From an uncultured Collinsella sp. (GTDB lineage Bacteria; Actinomycetota; Coriobacteriia; Coriobacteriales; Coriobacteriaceae), in the NCBI GenBank assembly GCA_958448275.1, contig CAUDDF010000003.1, positions 13,051-77,050 of the forward strand: DNA of 64,000 bases. Reading direction: 5' to 3'. Made by a program: the position numbers and the translations under genes. The notes under the pieces are model-generated. The model was not told the origin of the DNA. It saw only the letters and a list, made by a program, of their open reading frames with translations, and did not search any database. This document shows positions 24,722 to 34,507 of this stretch, one piece after another; position 1 is the first letter of the stretch; each line of letters opens with the position of its first letter.

Positions 24722-25825
24722 ATGAGCGACAGCAAGCATGTGACGTACGAGGACGCCGGCGTCGATACCGCCGAGGGTGGCCGCGCCGTCGACGCTATTA
24801 AGCAGATGGTCAAGGACACCAACCGCCCCGAGGTTATCGGCGGCATCGGTGGCTTTGGTGGCCTGTTCTCGGCCGCCGCGCTCAAGGATATGGAAGACCC
24901 GATCCTGATCAGCGGCACCGACGGCGTGGGCACCAAGCTTGTGCTCGCCCAGATTATGGACCGTCACGAGACGGTGGGCCAGGACCTGGTCGCCATGTGC
25001 GTCAATGACATTTTGGCTTCGGGCGCCGAGCCGCTGTTCTTCCTGGATTACGTTGCCATCGGTCACATTGAGGCCGAGCACATGGCAAAGATCATCAAGG
25101 GCGTGGCCGACGGCTGCAAGCTCGCGGGCTGCGCGCTCGTGGGCGGCGAGATGGCCGAGCACCCGGGCGTCACGGCTCCCGCCGATTACGACCTCGCCGG
25201 CTTTACCGTGGGTGTTGTCGATCGTCCCAAGATGCTCGACCCCGCGAACGTTCGCCCCGGCGATGTGATCCTGGGCCTGCCCTCCACCGGCGTGCACTCC
25301 AACGGCTACTCGCTCGTGCGCAAGGTTATCGGTGTCGACGGCATCAAGCCGGGCACGCCCGAGGCCGCCGCTAAGGCCGAGGAGCTAAGCCGTCCGCTCG
25401 AGGAGCTCGGCGGTGCTTCGCTGGCCGACGCTCTGCTGGCTCCCACGCGCATCTACGTCAAGCCGATTCTGGAGCTGCTCCGCGGTGGCGCCAACGTTCA
25501 TGCCATTGCCCATATCACCGGCGGCGGTATTACCGAGAACCTCAACCGCGCGCTCGCCGACGACGTCGATGCCGTGGTCATCCGCAATGGCGCCGAGATG
25601 GGCTGGGATGTTCCGCCCGTCATCACCTACGTGTCGCGTCAGGCCGAGCTCGCGCCCAATGAGGCGTGCAAGACCTTCAACATGGGCGTCGGCCTGTGCC
25701 TGATCGTCGCCCCCGAGGACGAGGCTGCCGTGACCGAGGCTCTGGTCGCGCTGGGCGAGAAGCCGTTCCGCGTGGGCGAGTGCGTCGAGGGTTCCGGTAA
25801 GGTCGTGTACTCCGATGAGCGCTAA
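24722..25825 (+). CDS. purM: Phosphoribosylformylglycinamidine cyclo-ligase
   Basis: TYEDAGVD, GTDGVGTK, DLVAMCVND, GVHSNGYSL, HITGGG, TFNMGVG. Confidence 0.97.
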   Translation: MSDSKHVTYEDAGVDTAEGGRAVDAIKQMVKDTNRPEVIGGIGGFGGLFSAAALKDMEDPILISGTDGVGTKLVLAQIMDRHETVGQDLVAMCVNDILASGAEPLFFLDYVAIGHIEAEHMAKIIKGVADGCKLAGCALVGGEMAEHPGVTAPADYDLAGFTVGVVDRPKMLDPANVRPGDVILGLPSTGVHSNGYSLVRKVIGVDGIKPGTPEAAAKAEELSRPLEELGGASLADALLAPTRIYVKPILELLRGGANVHAIAHITGGGITENLNRALADDVDAVVIRNGAEMGWDVPPVITYVSRQAELAPNEACKTFNMGVGLCLIVAPEDEAAVTEALVALGEKPFRVGECVEGSGKVVYSDER

Positions 25826-26516
25826 CGAGCAGATGGCTGCCGCCGAGGGCCTGGGCTTTGTGCCCTACACCCGTCCGACCGGTACCGATACGGCCGAGCC
25901 GCTCAAGATCGGCGTGCTCATCAGCGGTTCGGGTACCAACCTGCAGGCGCTGATCGACCTGATCGCCGCCGGCAAGCTCAACGCCTCGATTGAGCTTGTG
26001 GTGTCGAGCCGTCCTTCGGCCAAGGGCCTGCAGCGTGCCGAGCGTGCGGGCATCCAGACGCTCACGCTGTCCAAGGATGTCTATGCTGACCCCATCGCAG
26101 CTGACGAGATTATCGCGCATGAGCTGCTCGAACGCGGTTGCGAGTACGTGGTGATGGCCGGCTATATGCGCATGGTGCACACGCCGCTGCTAGCAGCGTT
26201 TCCCAATCGCGTGGTCAACCTACATCCGGCGCTGCTGCCGAGCTTTACCGGCGCCCATGCGATCGACGATGCGTTTGCTCGCGGCGTCAAGGTGACCGGC
26301 GTGACCGTGCACTTTGCCAACGAGATCTACGACAACGGCCCCATCATCGCCCAGCGTGCGCTGGCTGTTGAGGAGAGCTGGGACGTCGACACGCTCGAGG
26401 AGCACATCCATGCGATCGAGCATGTGCTGTATCCCGAGGTCGTGCAGATGCTCGCCGACGGTCGCGTTCACGTGCTGGAGAGCGGCAAGGTCGCAATTGA
26501 TGCGCCTCGCGGCTAG
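25815..26516 (+). CDS. purN: Phosphoribosylglycinamide formyltransferase
   Basis: ISGSGTNLQAL, AGYMR, NLHPALLPSF.G, GVTVHF, DNGPII. Confidence 0.96.
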   Translation: MSANEQMAAAEGLGFVPYTRPTGTDTAEPLKIGVLISGSGTNLQALIDLIAAGKLNASIELVVSSRPSAKGLQRAERAGIQTLTLSKDVYADPIAADEIIAHELLERGCEYVVMAGYMRMVHTPLLAAFPNRVVNLHPALLPSFTGAHAIDDAFARGVKVTGVTVHFANEIYDNGPIIAQRALAVEESWDVDTLEEHIHAIEHVLYPEVVQMLADGRVHVLESGKVAIDAPRG

Positions 26517-26594
26517 TGGCACACAGTACAATTTAGCCGAGTAGTCAGGGTGGTCATTGGCGCCAAGGCGCAAGTGGCCATCCTTTGTTTTAGG

Positions 26595-26650
26595 TAGTCA
26601 TTGGGGACGTTCTTAAACGACTAGTCGTTTAAGAACGTCCCAGGTGACTA
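26595..26650. repeat. GGGAC-core inverted doublet with a perfect 38-bp palindrome
   Basis: gggacgttcttaaacgact|agtcgtttaagaacgtccc (26604-26641), flanked by tagtca/tgacta. Confidence 0.85.
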
Positions 26651-26668
26651 GGTGAGAGAGGTGAGCGT

Positions 26669-27133
26669 GTGGCGGATAACGAAGCGCTGTTTACGCCCGA
26701 GCTGGTGTTTTTTGATTGGGAGTGCGCGACGCCGGGCGAGGTGTTTGCGCGGCTCGAGGGCGAGCTTGCCCCGCGCGGCTACATTGCCGAGGGTTGGCTC
26801 AACGCCGTCCGCACGCGCGAGGATGCCTATCCCACGGGTCTCGCTATGCCGGCGGCAAACATTGCCATTCCGCATACCGATCCGGGGTTTGTGGCCAAGC
26901 CCTATATCGCGGTGGTGAAGCCCGCCGCGCCCGTGACATTTAACGCTATGGCTGGCATGAGCGCTCCGGTGCCGGCGCAGATCGTCATCAATCTGGGCAT
27001 CGCCGAGCCGGGCGGCCAGGTCGAGGCCCTGCAGGCACTCATGAACATCTTTATGGGCGCCGATGCCGCAGCCGACGTGCTCGGCCAGACCACGCCCCAG
27101 GGCATGGTCGACGCCATCCGCCGCCACTTCTAA
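26669..27133 (+). CDS. Orphan PTS EIIA component (galactitol/fructose-type)
   Basis: RE.AYPTGL, IAIPHTD phosphorylatable His; SD gaggtg. Confidence 0.85.
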   Translation: MADNEALFTPELVFFDWECATPGEVFARLEGELAPRGYIAEGWLNAVRTREDAYPTGLAMPAANIAIPHTDPGFVAKPYIAVVKPAAPVTFNAMAGMSAPVPAQIVINLGIAEPGGQVEALQALMNIFMGADAAADVLGQTTPQGMVDAIRRHF

Positions 27134-27147
27134 GGTGGGGCTGAGTC

Positions 27148-27236
27148 GGCACTTGGGGACTGTCCCTAACTGCCGGCTGCCAGAGCTGTCCCCTTTGCAC
27201 CAAAATGGTGCAGATTAATCTGTCCCCAATGCACCA
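27148..27236. repeat. Cluster of GGGAC/TGTCCC-core REP-like units
   Basis: ggcacttggggactgtccctaactgcc; ctgtcccctttgcacc; ggtgcagattaatctgtccccaatgcacc. Confidence 0.6.
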
Positions 27237-27303
27237 AGCGTGCCGCGGGGGCTGCGTTGTGACACAATGGCGTTTGTTCGATTCGTTATGCGAAAGGCCA
27301 ACT

Positions 27304-28524
27304 ATGGCAAATAAGAAAAAGAACTCCGAGGCCGCGCCGACGCCCGAGCAGCAGGCCCGCGCAGCCTCCAGCTCTCGCAAGAAGCAGCGCAAGACGTACG
27401 TGTCTAAGACCGTCAAGATCGTTCTGGTGGTCATCGGCGTGCTGGCGATGCTGCTTTCCGTCTCGGCGATGGCGTGCTCCGGCCTTATGTCGCAGGCTGA
27501 GGACACCTCGGGCTACAAGCTGACCGGCGGTGTTGCTGCCACTATCAACGGCACCAACCTTACCGAGGACACCGTGACCAAGCAGATCATGAGCATGCGC
27601 ACGTCCTACGGCTACACCAAGGATGAGGATTGGGCGCAGTATCTGGTTGACAACGACCTCACGCCCAAGAAGTACCGCAAGCAACTCATCGACTCCTACA
27701 CGCAGCAGATTCTGCTTCAACAGGCACAGAAGGAGAACGGCGTGACGGTGTCGGACGAGGAGGTCGAGAAGGCTTGGAAGGACGCGTGCAAGAGCGCGGG
27801 CGGTGCCAAGGCCTTTAAGAAGACCCTCAAGACCTACGGCTATACCGAGGACACCTACAAGGACTCGCTCAAGGAGAGTCTGGCACAGCAAAAGCTCAAG
27901 GACGCCGTGGCGCCCACCAGCAAGCCCAAGGACAGCGAGATTGTCGATTACATCAACGAAAACCTGTCCAGCTACAACGACGCCCGCCGCTCGTCGAACA
28001 TCCTGATCAAGGTTGATTCCGACGCTTCCGACGAGGACAAGGCTGCCGCCAAGGCCAAGGCGCAGGAGTGCCTGGACAAGATCAACTCCGGTGAGCTGAG
28101 CTTTGAGGACGCCGTTGAGCAGTACTCCGAGGACACCGGTTCCAAGGAGAAGAAGGGCGATGTGGGCTGGGATAAGCTTACCACCTTCGTCGACAGCTAC
28201 CAGACGGCGCTCGAGGGGCTCAACAAGGGCGACGTGAGCGACGTGGTCGAGTCGACGTACGGTTACCATGTCATCAAGTGCACCGACTACTTCCATGTCG
28301 ATAATCAGGTTGATGATATCAACCAGGTGCCCAAGGCCATCAAGAAGTATGTCTCCAACGTGGTGAAGACGCAGGCGGCCAGCACCGCGTACAGCGAGTG
28401 GCTAGAGCAGTACAAGAAGGATGCCGACATCACCGTTAATCCCATGCCCAAGGACGTACCCTATAACGTGAGTCTGAAGGGCGTCACCAAGAGCTCGACC
28501 GACGATTCGTCGACGACTGAGTAA
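27304..28524 (+). CDS. PrsA/SurA-like parvulin peptidyl-prolyl isomerase (membrane-anchored foldase)
   Basis: TM/lipobox (AMAC), SurA-N-like region, SNILIK, FEDAVEQYSED.GS..KGDVGW, VESTYGYHVIK. Confidence 0.85.
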   Translation: MANKKKNSEAAPTPEQQARAASSSRKKQRKTYVSKTVKIVLVVIGVLAMLLSVSAMACSGLMSQAEDTSGYKLTGGVAATINGTNLTEDTVTKQIMSMRTSYGYTKDEDWAQYLVDNDLTPKKYRKQLIDSYTQQILLQQAQKENGVTVSDEEVEKAWKDACKSAGGAKAFKKTLKTYGYTEDTYKDSLKESLAQQKLKDAVAPTSKPKDSEIVDYINENLSSYNDARRSSNILIKVDSDASDEDKAAAKAKAQECLDKINSGELSFEDAVEQYSEDTGSKEKKGDVGWDKLTTFVDSYQTALEGLNKGDVSDVVESTYGYHVIKCTDYFHVDNQVDDINQVPKAIKKYVSNVVKTQAASTAYSEWLEQYKKDADITVNPMPKDVPYNVSLKGVTKSSTDDSSTTE

Positions 28525-28578
28525 TCATGGGGCGGTGCTCGCACGAGTGCCGCCCACGCTATTAGAGAGGATTTGCAG

Positions 28579-29022
28579 ATGACCAACGAAGAGCTGCAGA
28601 AAGAAATGATCGCGGCCATGAAGGCCAAGGACAAGGTTCGCCTGTCCATCATTCGCCAGGTCAAGGCCGAGGTGAAGAATATCGAGGTTAACGAGCGCCG
28701 CGATGTGACCGAGGAAGACGTCAACAGCATGATCAAGCGCCTGATCAAGCAGACGAGCGAGACGCTGGAGATGTCCATCAAGGCCGGCACCGACCAGGAG
28801 CGTACCGACAACCTGACCGAGCAGGTCAAGATCCTGGAGAGCCTGCTGCCCGCGCAGGTTTCGGGCGAGGAGCTCGAGGCCCTGATCGAGCAGGTTATCG
28901 CCGAGCTGGGCGCCACGTCCAAGAAGCAGATGGGCCAGGTCATGGGTGCCCTGGGCAAGGCCACCGGCGGCAACTTCGATAAGCCGGCCGCAGCAAAGAT
29001 CGTCGGAGCCCGCCTCGCGTAG
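28579..29022 (+). CDS. GatB/YqeY domain protein
   Basis: AMKAKDK.RLSIIR, LPAQVS, KKQMGQVMG. Confidence 0.88.
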   Translation: MTNEELQKEMIAAMKAKDKVRLSIIRQVKAEVKNIEVNERRDVTEEDVNSMIKRLIKQTSETLEMSIKAGTDQERTDNLTEQVKILESLLPAQVSGEELEALIEQVIAELGATSKKQMGQVMGALGKATGGNFDKPAAAKIVGARLA

Positions 29023-29049
29023 GGGCCGAGTGGCACACAGTTGAGGCTG

Positions 29050-29083
29050 AGGGGGCGTGGCCGTCATGGTCGCGCCCCTTTTT
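29050..29083 (+). terminator. Terminator after the YqeY gene
   Basis: ggggcgtggcc-gtcat-ggtcgcgcccc followed by ttttt. Confidence 0.7.
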
Positions 29084-29094
29084 GCTGGGCTGGG

Positions 29095-29165
29095 CACTCA
29101 TTGGGGACAGGCTTAAATGAGTGCCCAATGAGCAGGTACTCATTTAAGTCTGTCCCCAATGAGTG
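29095..29165. repeat. GGGACAG-core inverted doublet (REPIN-like)
   Basis: cactcattggggacaggcttaaatgagt ... actcatttaagtctgtccccaatgagtg (28-bp arms, 1 mismatch); each arm is itself a small hairpin. Confidence 0.85.
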
Positions 29166-29269
29166 GGTGGAAGGTTGCGGGTTCTTTACGGGAATGTAGT
29201 GTGGGCTGCGGAAACGTGGTTCTTTCCGTACAATAGTTCAACTCATGTAAACGCAGGGAAGGGACATTC

Positions 29270-30001
29270 ATGGCAGACATGATCGAGATCAAGCATCTCA
29301 ACAAGTACTTTGGCGACCTGCATGTGCTCAAAGATATCAACCTCACCGTCAAACGTGGCGAGAAGCTCGTAATGATCGGGCCTTCCGGCTCGGGTAAATC
29401 GACGCTCATCCGTTGCGTCGATTATCTGGAGGAGCCCACGTCGGGCGAGGTTGTCATCGACGGTACGCCGCTCACCAAAAAGAATCACCTGGAGATGGCT
29501 CGCAAGTATAGTTCCATGGTGTTTCAGCAGTTCAACCTGTATCCCAACATGACGGTGCTGGGCAACCTGACGCTCGCGCCCATCAAACTGCAAAAGAAGA
29601 GCAAGGAGGAGGCGACCGAGATCGCCATCGCTGCGCTCAAGCGCGTCGGCATGGCACATAAGGCCGGCGAGTATCCGCAGAATCTCTCGGGTGGTCAGCA
29701 GCAGCGCATCGCCATCGCCCGTGCCCTGTGCACCAAGCAGCCCATCATCCTGTTTGACGAGCCGACCTCGGCGCTCGACCCCGAGATGGTCCAGGAGGTT
29801 CTGGACGTTATGATTGAGCTCGCGCAGGAGGACATCACCATGATCTGCGTGACGCACGAGATGGGTTTTGCGCGTCAGGTGGCCGACCGCGTCATCTTTA
29901 TGGAGGACGGCCGCATTCTGGAGGAGGGCACGCCCGAGCACTTCTTCGATAACCCCGAGAACCCGCGCTGCCGCGAGTTCCTGTCCAAGATTCTGCACTA
30001 G
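29270..30001 (+). CDS. Polar amino acid ABC transporter ATP-binding protein (GlnQ-like)
   Basis: [47 protein letters not shown]. Confidence 0.93.
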   Translation: MADMIEIKHLNKYFGDLHVLKDINLTVKRGEKLVMIGPSGSGKSTLIRCVDYLEEPTSGEVVIDGTPLTKKNHLEMARKYSSMVFQQFNLYPNMTVLGNLTLAPIKLQKKSKEEATEIAIAALKRVGMAHKAGEYPQNLSGGQQQRIAIARALCTKQPIILFDEPTSALDPEMVQEVLDVMIELAQEDITMICVTHEMGFARQVADRVIFMEDGRILEEGTPEHFFDNPENPRCREFLSKILH

Positions 30002-30009
30002 GCGCGGTG

Positions 30010-30885
30010 ATGGACATGACGGATATGACGAGGGCGGCCGTGTCGCGCCGTCACTTTTTGCGGCTGGCGGGCGCCGGCATGCTTGCGCTGACGGGGACCG
30101 CGCTTACCGGTTGCGGCAACTCCACCAGCGGCGAGGGCTCCGACAAGGGCTCTAAGCTTGCGGCCATCAAGTCGCGTGGACATCTGAATGCCGGCGTTAA
30201 GAAGGATGTTCCCGGCTACGGCTATTACGACACCGCCAAGGGTCGCTTTGAGGGCATGGAAGTCGATTTGTGCTACCAGATCGCCGCTGCCGTCTTTGGC
30301 GTGAGCTACAAGGAGGCCCGTGCCCAGGAGCTTGTCGAGTTTAACGACGTAACACCCAAGACGCGCGGCCCGCTGATCGATAACGGCCAGCTTGACGTGG
30401 TCGCGGCGACCTACACCATCACCGACGAGCGCAAGAAGAGCTGGGATTTCTCGACGCCGTACCGCACCGACTACGTGGGGCTCATGGTCAAGAAGCGTTC
30501 GGGCTTTACCTCGATTGAGGATCTGGACGGCAAGGTCATCGGCGTGAGCCAGGGTGCTACCACGCAGGGCCTGATCGAGCAGATGATCAAGGACAACGGC
30601 TTTAGCTGCAAGCCAGAGTTTAGGGCCTTTAGCGGCTATCCCATCATCAAGAGCTCGCTCGACGCCGGCAATATCGACGTCTTTGCCATGGACCGCTCCA
30701 CGCTGGCCGGTTACATGAACGAGACCGTTGAGCTGCTGCAGCCCGAGGTCAAGTTTGGCGAGCAGGGCTACGGCGTGGCGACCAAGAAGGGCTGCGACCT
30801 TTCGGCCGTGGTCGATCAGGTGATTTGCGATCGCCTGGCCGACGGCTGGCTCGACCAAGAGGTCAAGACCTGGGGTCTTGTATAG
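30010..30885 (+). CDS. Polar amino acid (Glu/Asp, PEB1-like) ABC substrate-binding lipoprotein with Tat signal
   Basis: SRRHFL twin-arginine motif, lipobox LTGC, VTPKTRGPL.DNG.LD.V.ATYTITDERKK. Confidence 0.88.
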   Translation: MDMTDMTRAAVSRRHFLRLAGAGMLALTGTALTGCGNSTSGEGSDKGSKLAAIKSRGHLNAGVKKDVPGYGYYDTAKGRFEGMEVDLCYQIAAAVFGVSYKEARAQELVEFNDVTPKTRGPLIDNGQLDVVAATYTITDERKKSWDFSTPYRTDYVGLMVKKRSGFTSIEDLDGKVIGVSQGATTQGLIEQMIKDNGFSCKPEFRAFSGYPIIKSSLDAGNIDVFAMDRSTLAGYMNETVELLQPEVKFGEQGYGVATKKGCDLSAVVDQVICDRLADGWLDQEVKTWGLV

Positions 30886-30910
30886 GCGCATCGTCCAAGG
30901 AAGGAATCAA

Positions 30911-31657
30911 ATGCTCGAAGGATTATTTGACGCCGACCGTTGGTCGACGACATTTCAAAATATGGGGCCCTTCTGGGAGGGCTTTGGCGTGACGCTGCAA
31001 GTGGTCGTTGCCGGCCTGCTGTTGTCGCTGGTGCTGGGCACGCTGCTGGGCGTGTTCTCTACCACTCGCTCGCGCGTGCTGCGCGCCATAAGCCGCGTGT
31101 ACGTGGAGTTTTACCAGAACACCCCGTTGCCCGTGCAGGTGCTCTTTATGTACATGGCCGGTCCGCAGTTTTTGCAGGCCATAACCGGTGCCGACCAGCC
31201 GGTGCGCATCGCGCCGTTCGTGCTGGGCTTCTTGGGCGTGGGTCTGTATCACGCGGCCTACATTTCGGAGGTCATCCGCACTGGTATCGAGGCGGTTCCG
31301 CGCGGTCAGATGGAGGCGGCCCAGAGCCAGGGCTTCACCCGTGCGCAGGCGTACTGGTACATCGTACTGCCCCAGACATTCAAGATCATTCTGCCGCCGC
31401 TGTGCAACCAGGCGCTCAACCTGGTCAAGAATACGTCGGTGCTGGCGCTTGTGGCCGGCGGCGACCTTATGTACCGTTCCGACAACTTTGTGAGTCTGTA
31501 CGGTTACCTGCAGGGATACATCGTCTGCTGCCTTATGTACTTCATCATCTGCTTTCCGCTCGCCATACTGGTGCAGTGGCTCGAGCGCCGCTCCAAGGAG
31601 CGTCCGCGCGGTGTGAGCCTGGCCGAGCTGGGGCTCGACAACGTAGAGGAGGCCTAG
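30911..31657 (+). CDS. Amino acid ABC transporter permease
   Basis: YVEFYQNTPL, AAYISEVIRTGI.AVPRGQMEAA, ILPQ-like EAA loop. Confidence 0.92.
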   Translation: MLEGLFDADRWSTTFQNMGPFWEGFGVTLQVVVAGLLLSLVLGTLLGVFSTTRSRVLRAISRVYVEFYQNTPLPVQVLFMYMAGPQFLQAITGADQPVRIAPFVLGFLGVGLYHAAYISEVIRTGIEAVPRGQMEAAQSQGFTRAQAYWYIVLPQTFKIILPPLCNQALNLVKNTSVLALVAGGDLMYRSDNFVSLYGYLQGYIVCCLMYFIICFPLAILVQWLERRSKERPRGVSLAELGLDNVEEA

Positions 31658-31660
31658 CGC

Positions 31661-32299
31661 ATGGAAATCTTCAACGCGACCAACCTGCTCTACATTTGGG
31701 GCGGCTTTGTTAAGACGATCGAGATCTCGGCGCTGTCGATCTTTTTCTCGCTCATCTTTGGCACGGTGCTGGCGCTCGTTAAAAGTTATGCGCCCCGTCC
31801 ATTCCGTATTTTGGTGAGCGCCTATATCGAGCTGTTCCGTTGCACGCCAAACCTGCTGTGGATCCTGTTTATCTACTTTACGGTGCAGGGTTTGGACATT
31901 GTGATTTCGACCATCGCCTTTACGCTGTTTACCAGCGCTGTTATGGCCGAGATTGTGCGCGGAGGCCTCAACTCGATTCCGCGCGGCCAGTTTGAGGCAG
32001 CGCAGAGCCAGGGTTTTGGCTTCTTTGCCACCATGCGCTACATCATTCTGCCCCAGACGTTTAAGACGATCATTCCGGCGCTGTTTAGCCAGTGCACGAC
32101 CGTCATCAAGGACAGCTCGTATCTTTCGGGCATTAACGTGGCCGAGCTCATGTACACGGCCAACGTCGTGATGGCCCACGCGATCGATCTGTCGCAGGTG
32201 CTTATGCTCTACGGCCTGGTGTTTGCGATGTACTTTGTGCTCAACTTTGGTATCTCGCTGCTGGTCCGAGCGTATCAACGTCGTATTGTGGCAGCGTAG
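31661..32299 (+). CDS. Amino acid ABC transporter permease
   Basis: YIELFRCTP, AEIVRGGLNSIPRGQFEAA, IILPQ, IKDSS. Confidence 0.92.
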   Translation: MEIFNATNLLYIWGGFVKTIEISALSIFFSLIFGTVLALVKSYAPRPFRILVSAYIELFRCTPNLLWILFIYFTVQGLDIVISTIAFTLFTSAVMAEIVRGGLNSIPRGQFEAAQSQGFGFFATMRYIILPQTFKTIIPALFSQCTTVIKDSSYLSGINVAELMYTANVVMAHAIDLSQVLMLYGLVFAMYFVLNFGISLLVRAYQRRIVAA

Positions 32300-32300
32300 A

Positions 32301-32331
32301 ATGTGACAAAGGGACTGTCCCTTTGTCACAT
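32301..32331. repeat. GGGAC-core perfect palindrome (15-bp arms, 1-nt centre)
   Basis: atgtgacaaagggac-t-gtccctttgtcacat. Confidence 0.8.
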
Positions 32332-32347
32332 AGAGAAAGGAATCGCG

Positions 32348-32971
32348 ATGAGCGATCTGGAGAATAAGAAGAATCCTGTGGTCATTACCATCGCGCGCGA
32401 CTTTGGCGCCGAGGGCCACGAGATTGGTCGTATCCTCGCCGATGAGCTGGGGATTCCGCTGTACGATAACGAGCTGCTGGTGCGTGCTTCGCTGCGCGCG
32501 GGCGAGTCGCTCGACAAGATGGCCGCCTACGACGAGCGCCTGGCCGTGGAGAACATGGCGTTTCTGCCCGACCGCTACGATGCGCGTTCGTACTCGGACA
32601 AGTTGTTCCAAAAGATGAGCCAGGTGATTTTGGATCTGGGTGAGACCGAGAGCTGCATTATCGAAGGCCGTCTGTCCGATTATCTGCTGCGCAACAACCC
32701 CAACCACATCGCCGTGCTGGTGACTGCGCCCTTTGAGGACCGCGTCGAGATCGTGCGCAAGAAGCGCGGTCTCAACAAAAAGAAGGGCGCCAAGCTGGTC
32801 AAGCAGCAGCAGAAGGCGCGCGAGGCGTTCTATAAGCGCTACAGTGCCGGAAAGTGGAAGATGACGAGCGGTAAAGACATCGTCGTCAACCGCGCCAAGC
32901 TGGGCCGCGAGGGTTGCAAAGACGTTATTGCCGCAGCCTACCGCTACAAAGTAGCGCAGCTCGAAGACTAA
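32348..32971 (+). CDS. Cytidylate kinase-like family protein (P-loop)
   Basis: VITIARDFGAEGHEIG..LA.ELGIPLYD, CIIEGR.SDYLL, R..FY..Y. Confidence 0.8.
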   Translation: MSDLENKKNPVVITIARDFGAEGHEIGRILADELGIPLYDNELLVRASLRAGESLDKMAAYDERLAVENMAFLPDRYDARSYSDKLFQKMSQVILDLGETESCIIEGRLSDYLLRNNPNHIAVLVTAPFEDRVEIVRKKRGLNKKKGAKLVKQQQKAREAFYKRYSAGKWKMTSGKDIVVNRAKLGREGCKDVIAAAYRYKVAQLED

Positions 32972-33026
32972 CCGACCAAAACCATCACAAAGGTGCCTGT
33001 CCCCATCGTGGTGGTTGGGTGGTCGG
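32972..33026. repeat. GTCCC-core REP-like hairpin related to 1140-1174
   Basis: ccgacca..accatcacaaaggtgcctgtccccatcgtggtggt..tggtcgg. Confidence 0.6.
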
Positions 33027-33031
33027 CATAG

Positions 33032-33070
33032 AAAAAGTCCCCGCCGGGCGTGTGCTCGACGGGGACTTTG
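33032..33070. terminator. Bidirectional terminator
   Basis: aaaaagtccccg ... cggggacttt between convergent genes. Confidence 0.7.
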
Positions 33071-33097
33071 CCGTTTGGTGGTTAGCGCTGTAGGTGA

Positions 33098-34507
33098 TTA
33101 CTCGCCCAGCAGGCTCTTGGTGATGGAGGCAGCGGCCTTCTTGCCGGCGCCCATCGCCAGAATGACCGTAGCGGCACCGGTGACGATGTCGCCGCCGGCC
33201 CAGATGCGGGGATCGGTGGTCTGGCCGGTCTCCTCGTCGGCGACGATGTAGCCCCACTTGTTGAGCTCCATCTTGCCGCCGATCTTCTTTGCGAAGGGGT
33301 TGGCGTTGGTGCCGATAGCCGAGATTGCGACGTCGCAGGGAATCTCCTCGATGGCGCCCTCGATGGGCACCGGGCGACGACGGCCGGACTCGTCGGGCTC
33401 TCCGAGCTCCATCTTCTGGACCTTGACGGCGCACACGGAGCCGTCCTCGCCAGCGACAAACTCGAGCGGGGAGACGAGCGGCAGAACCTCGACGCCCTCG
33501 GCCTTAGCGTGGTGCAGCTCGGCGCGACGGCAGGGCATCTCGTCCTCGGTACGACGGTAGGCGATGATGGCGTGCTCGGCGCCCAGACGCTTGGCGGTAC
33601 GGACGGCGTCCATAGCCACGTTGCCGCCACCAAAGACGACGACGTTCTTGCCGTGCTTGGTGGGGGTGTCGTACTCGGGGAACTTGTTGGCCTTCATCAG
33701 GTTCACGCGGGTGAGGTACTCGTTCGCGAAGAAGACGTTGGGCAGGTTCTCGCCGGGGACGTTGAGGAACTTGGGCAGGCCAGCGCCGGTCGCCACGTAG
33801 ATGGCGTCGAAGCCCTGCTCGAACAGCTCCTCGGCCGTGGCCATGTTGCCCACGACGGAGTTGTACTCAAACTTGACGCCCATGTCCTCCAGGCCGTCAA
33901 TCTCGCGCTTGACGACTGCCTTGGGCAGACGGAACTCGGGGATGCCGTAGACCAGCACGCCGCCGCCGGTGAAGAAGGCCTCAAAGACGGTGACGTCAAA
34001 GCCGTTGCGGGCGAGCTCGCCGGCGCAGGTGATGCCGGACGGGCCGGAGCCAACGACGGCGACCTTCTTGCCGTTCTTGGGGGCCATCTTGGGCGTGGAG
34101 GCGAGCTCGGGGCGGTCACCCAGGAAGCGCTCGAGCTGGCCGATGGCCACGGGCTCGGACTTCTTACCACGGATGCACTTGCCCTCGCACTGGTTCTCCT
34201 GCGGGCAGACGCGGCCGCAGATGGCGGGAAGCATGGAGTCCTCGCGGATGGTATCGAGAGCGCCGCCGAAGTCCTTCGCGCGGATCTGCTCGATAAAGCG
34301 GGGAATGTTGATGTTGACAGGGCAGCCCTCAACACAGAACGGCTTCTTGCAGTTGAGGCAGCGCTCAGCCTCGGCCAGCGCCATCTCCTCGGTGAAGCCC
34401 TTGTCGACGGGGCGGAAGTCGCAGGCGCGCTCGGCAGCCGGCTCCTCGTTATCGGGGGTGCGGGGCGACTTCATATCGGCAACGAAACGACCGTTAACTA
34501 GTGGCAT
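33098..34507 (-). CDS. nfnB: Electron-bifurcating transhydrogenase large subunit NfnB (GltD/SudA-like)
   Basis: RCLNCKKPFCVEGCPV, CGRVCPQENQCE, GSGPSG, YGIPEFRLP, GGGNVAMD, AGGDIVTG; adjacent to a SudB-like gene. Confidence 0.85.
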   Translation of the reverse strand: MPLVNGRFVADMKSPRTPDNEEPAAERACDFRPVDKGFTEEMALAEAERCLNCKKPFCVEGCPVNINIPRFIEQIRAKDFGGALDTIREDSMLPAICGRVCPQENQCEGKCIRGKKSEPVAIGQLERFLGDRPELASTPKMAPKNGKKVAVVGSGPSGITCAGELARNGFDVTVFEAFFTGGGVLVYGIPEFRLPKAVVKREIDGLEDMGVKFEYNSVVGNMATAEELFEQGFDAIYVATGAGLPKFLNVPGENLPNVFFANEYLTRVNLMKANKFPEYDTPTKHGKNVVVFGGGNVAMDAVRTAKRLGAEHAIIAYRRTEDEMPCRRAELHHAKAEGVEVLPLVSPLEFVAGEDGSVCAVKVQKMELGEPDESGRRRPVPIEGAIEEIPCDVAISAIGTNANPFAKKIGGKMELNKWGYIVADEETGQTTDPRIWAGGDIVTGAATVILAMGAGKKAAASITKSLLGE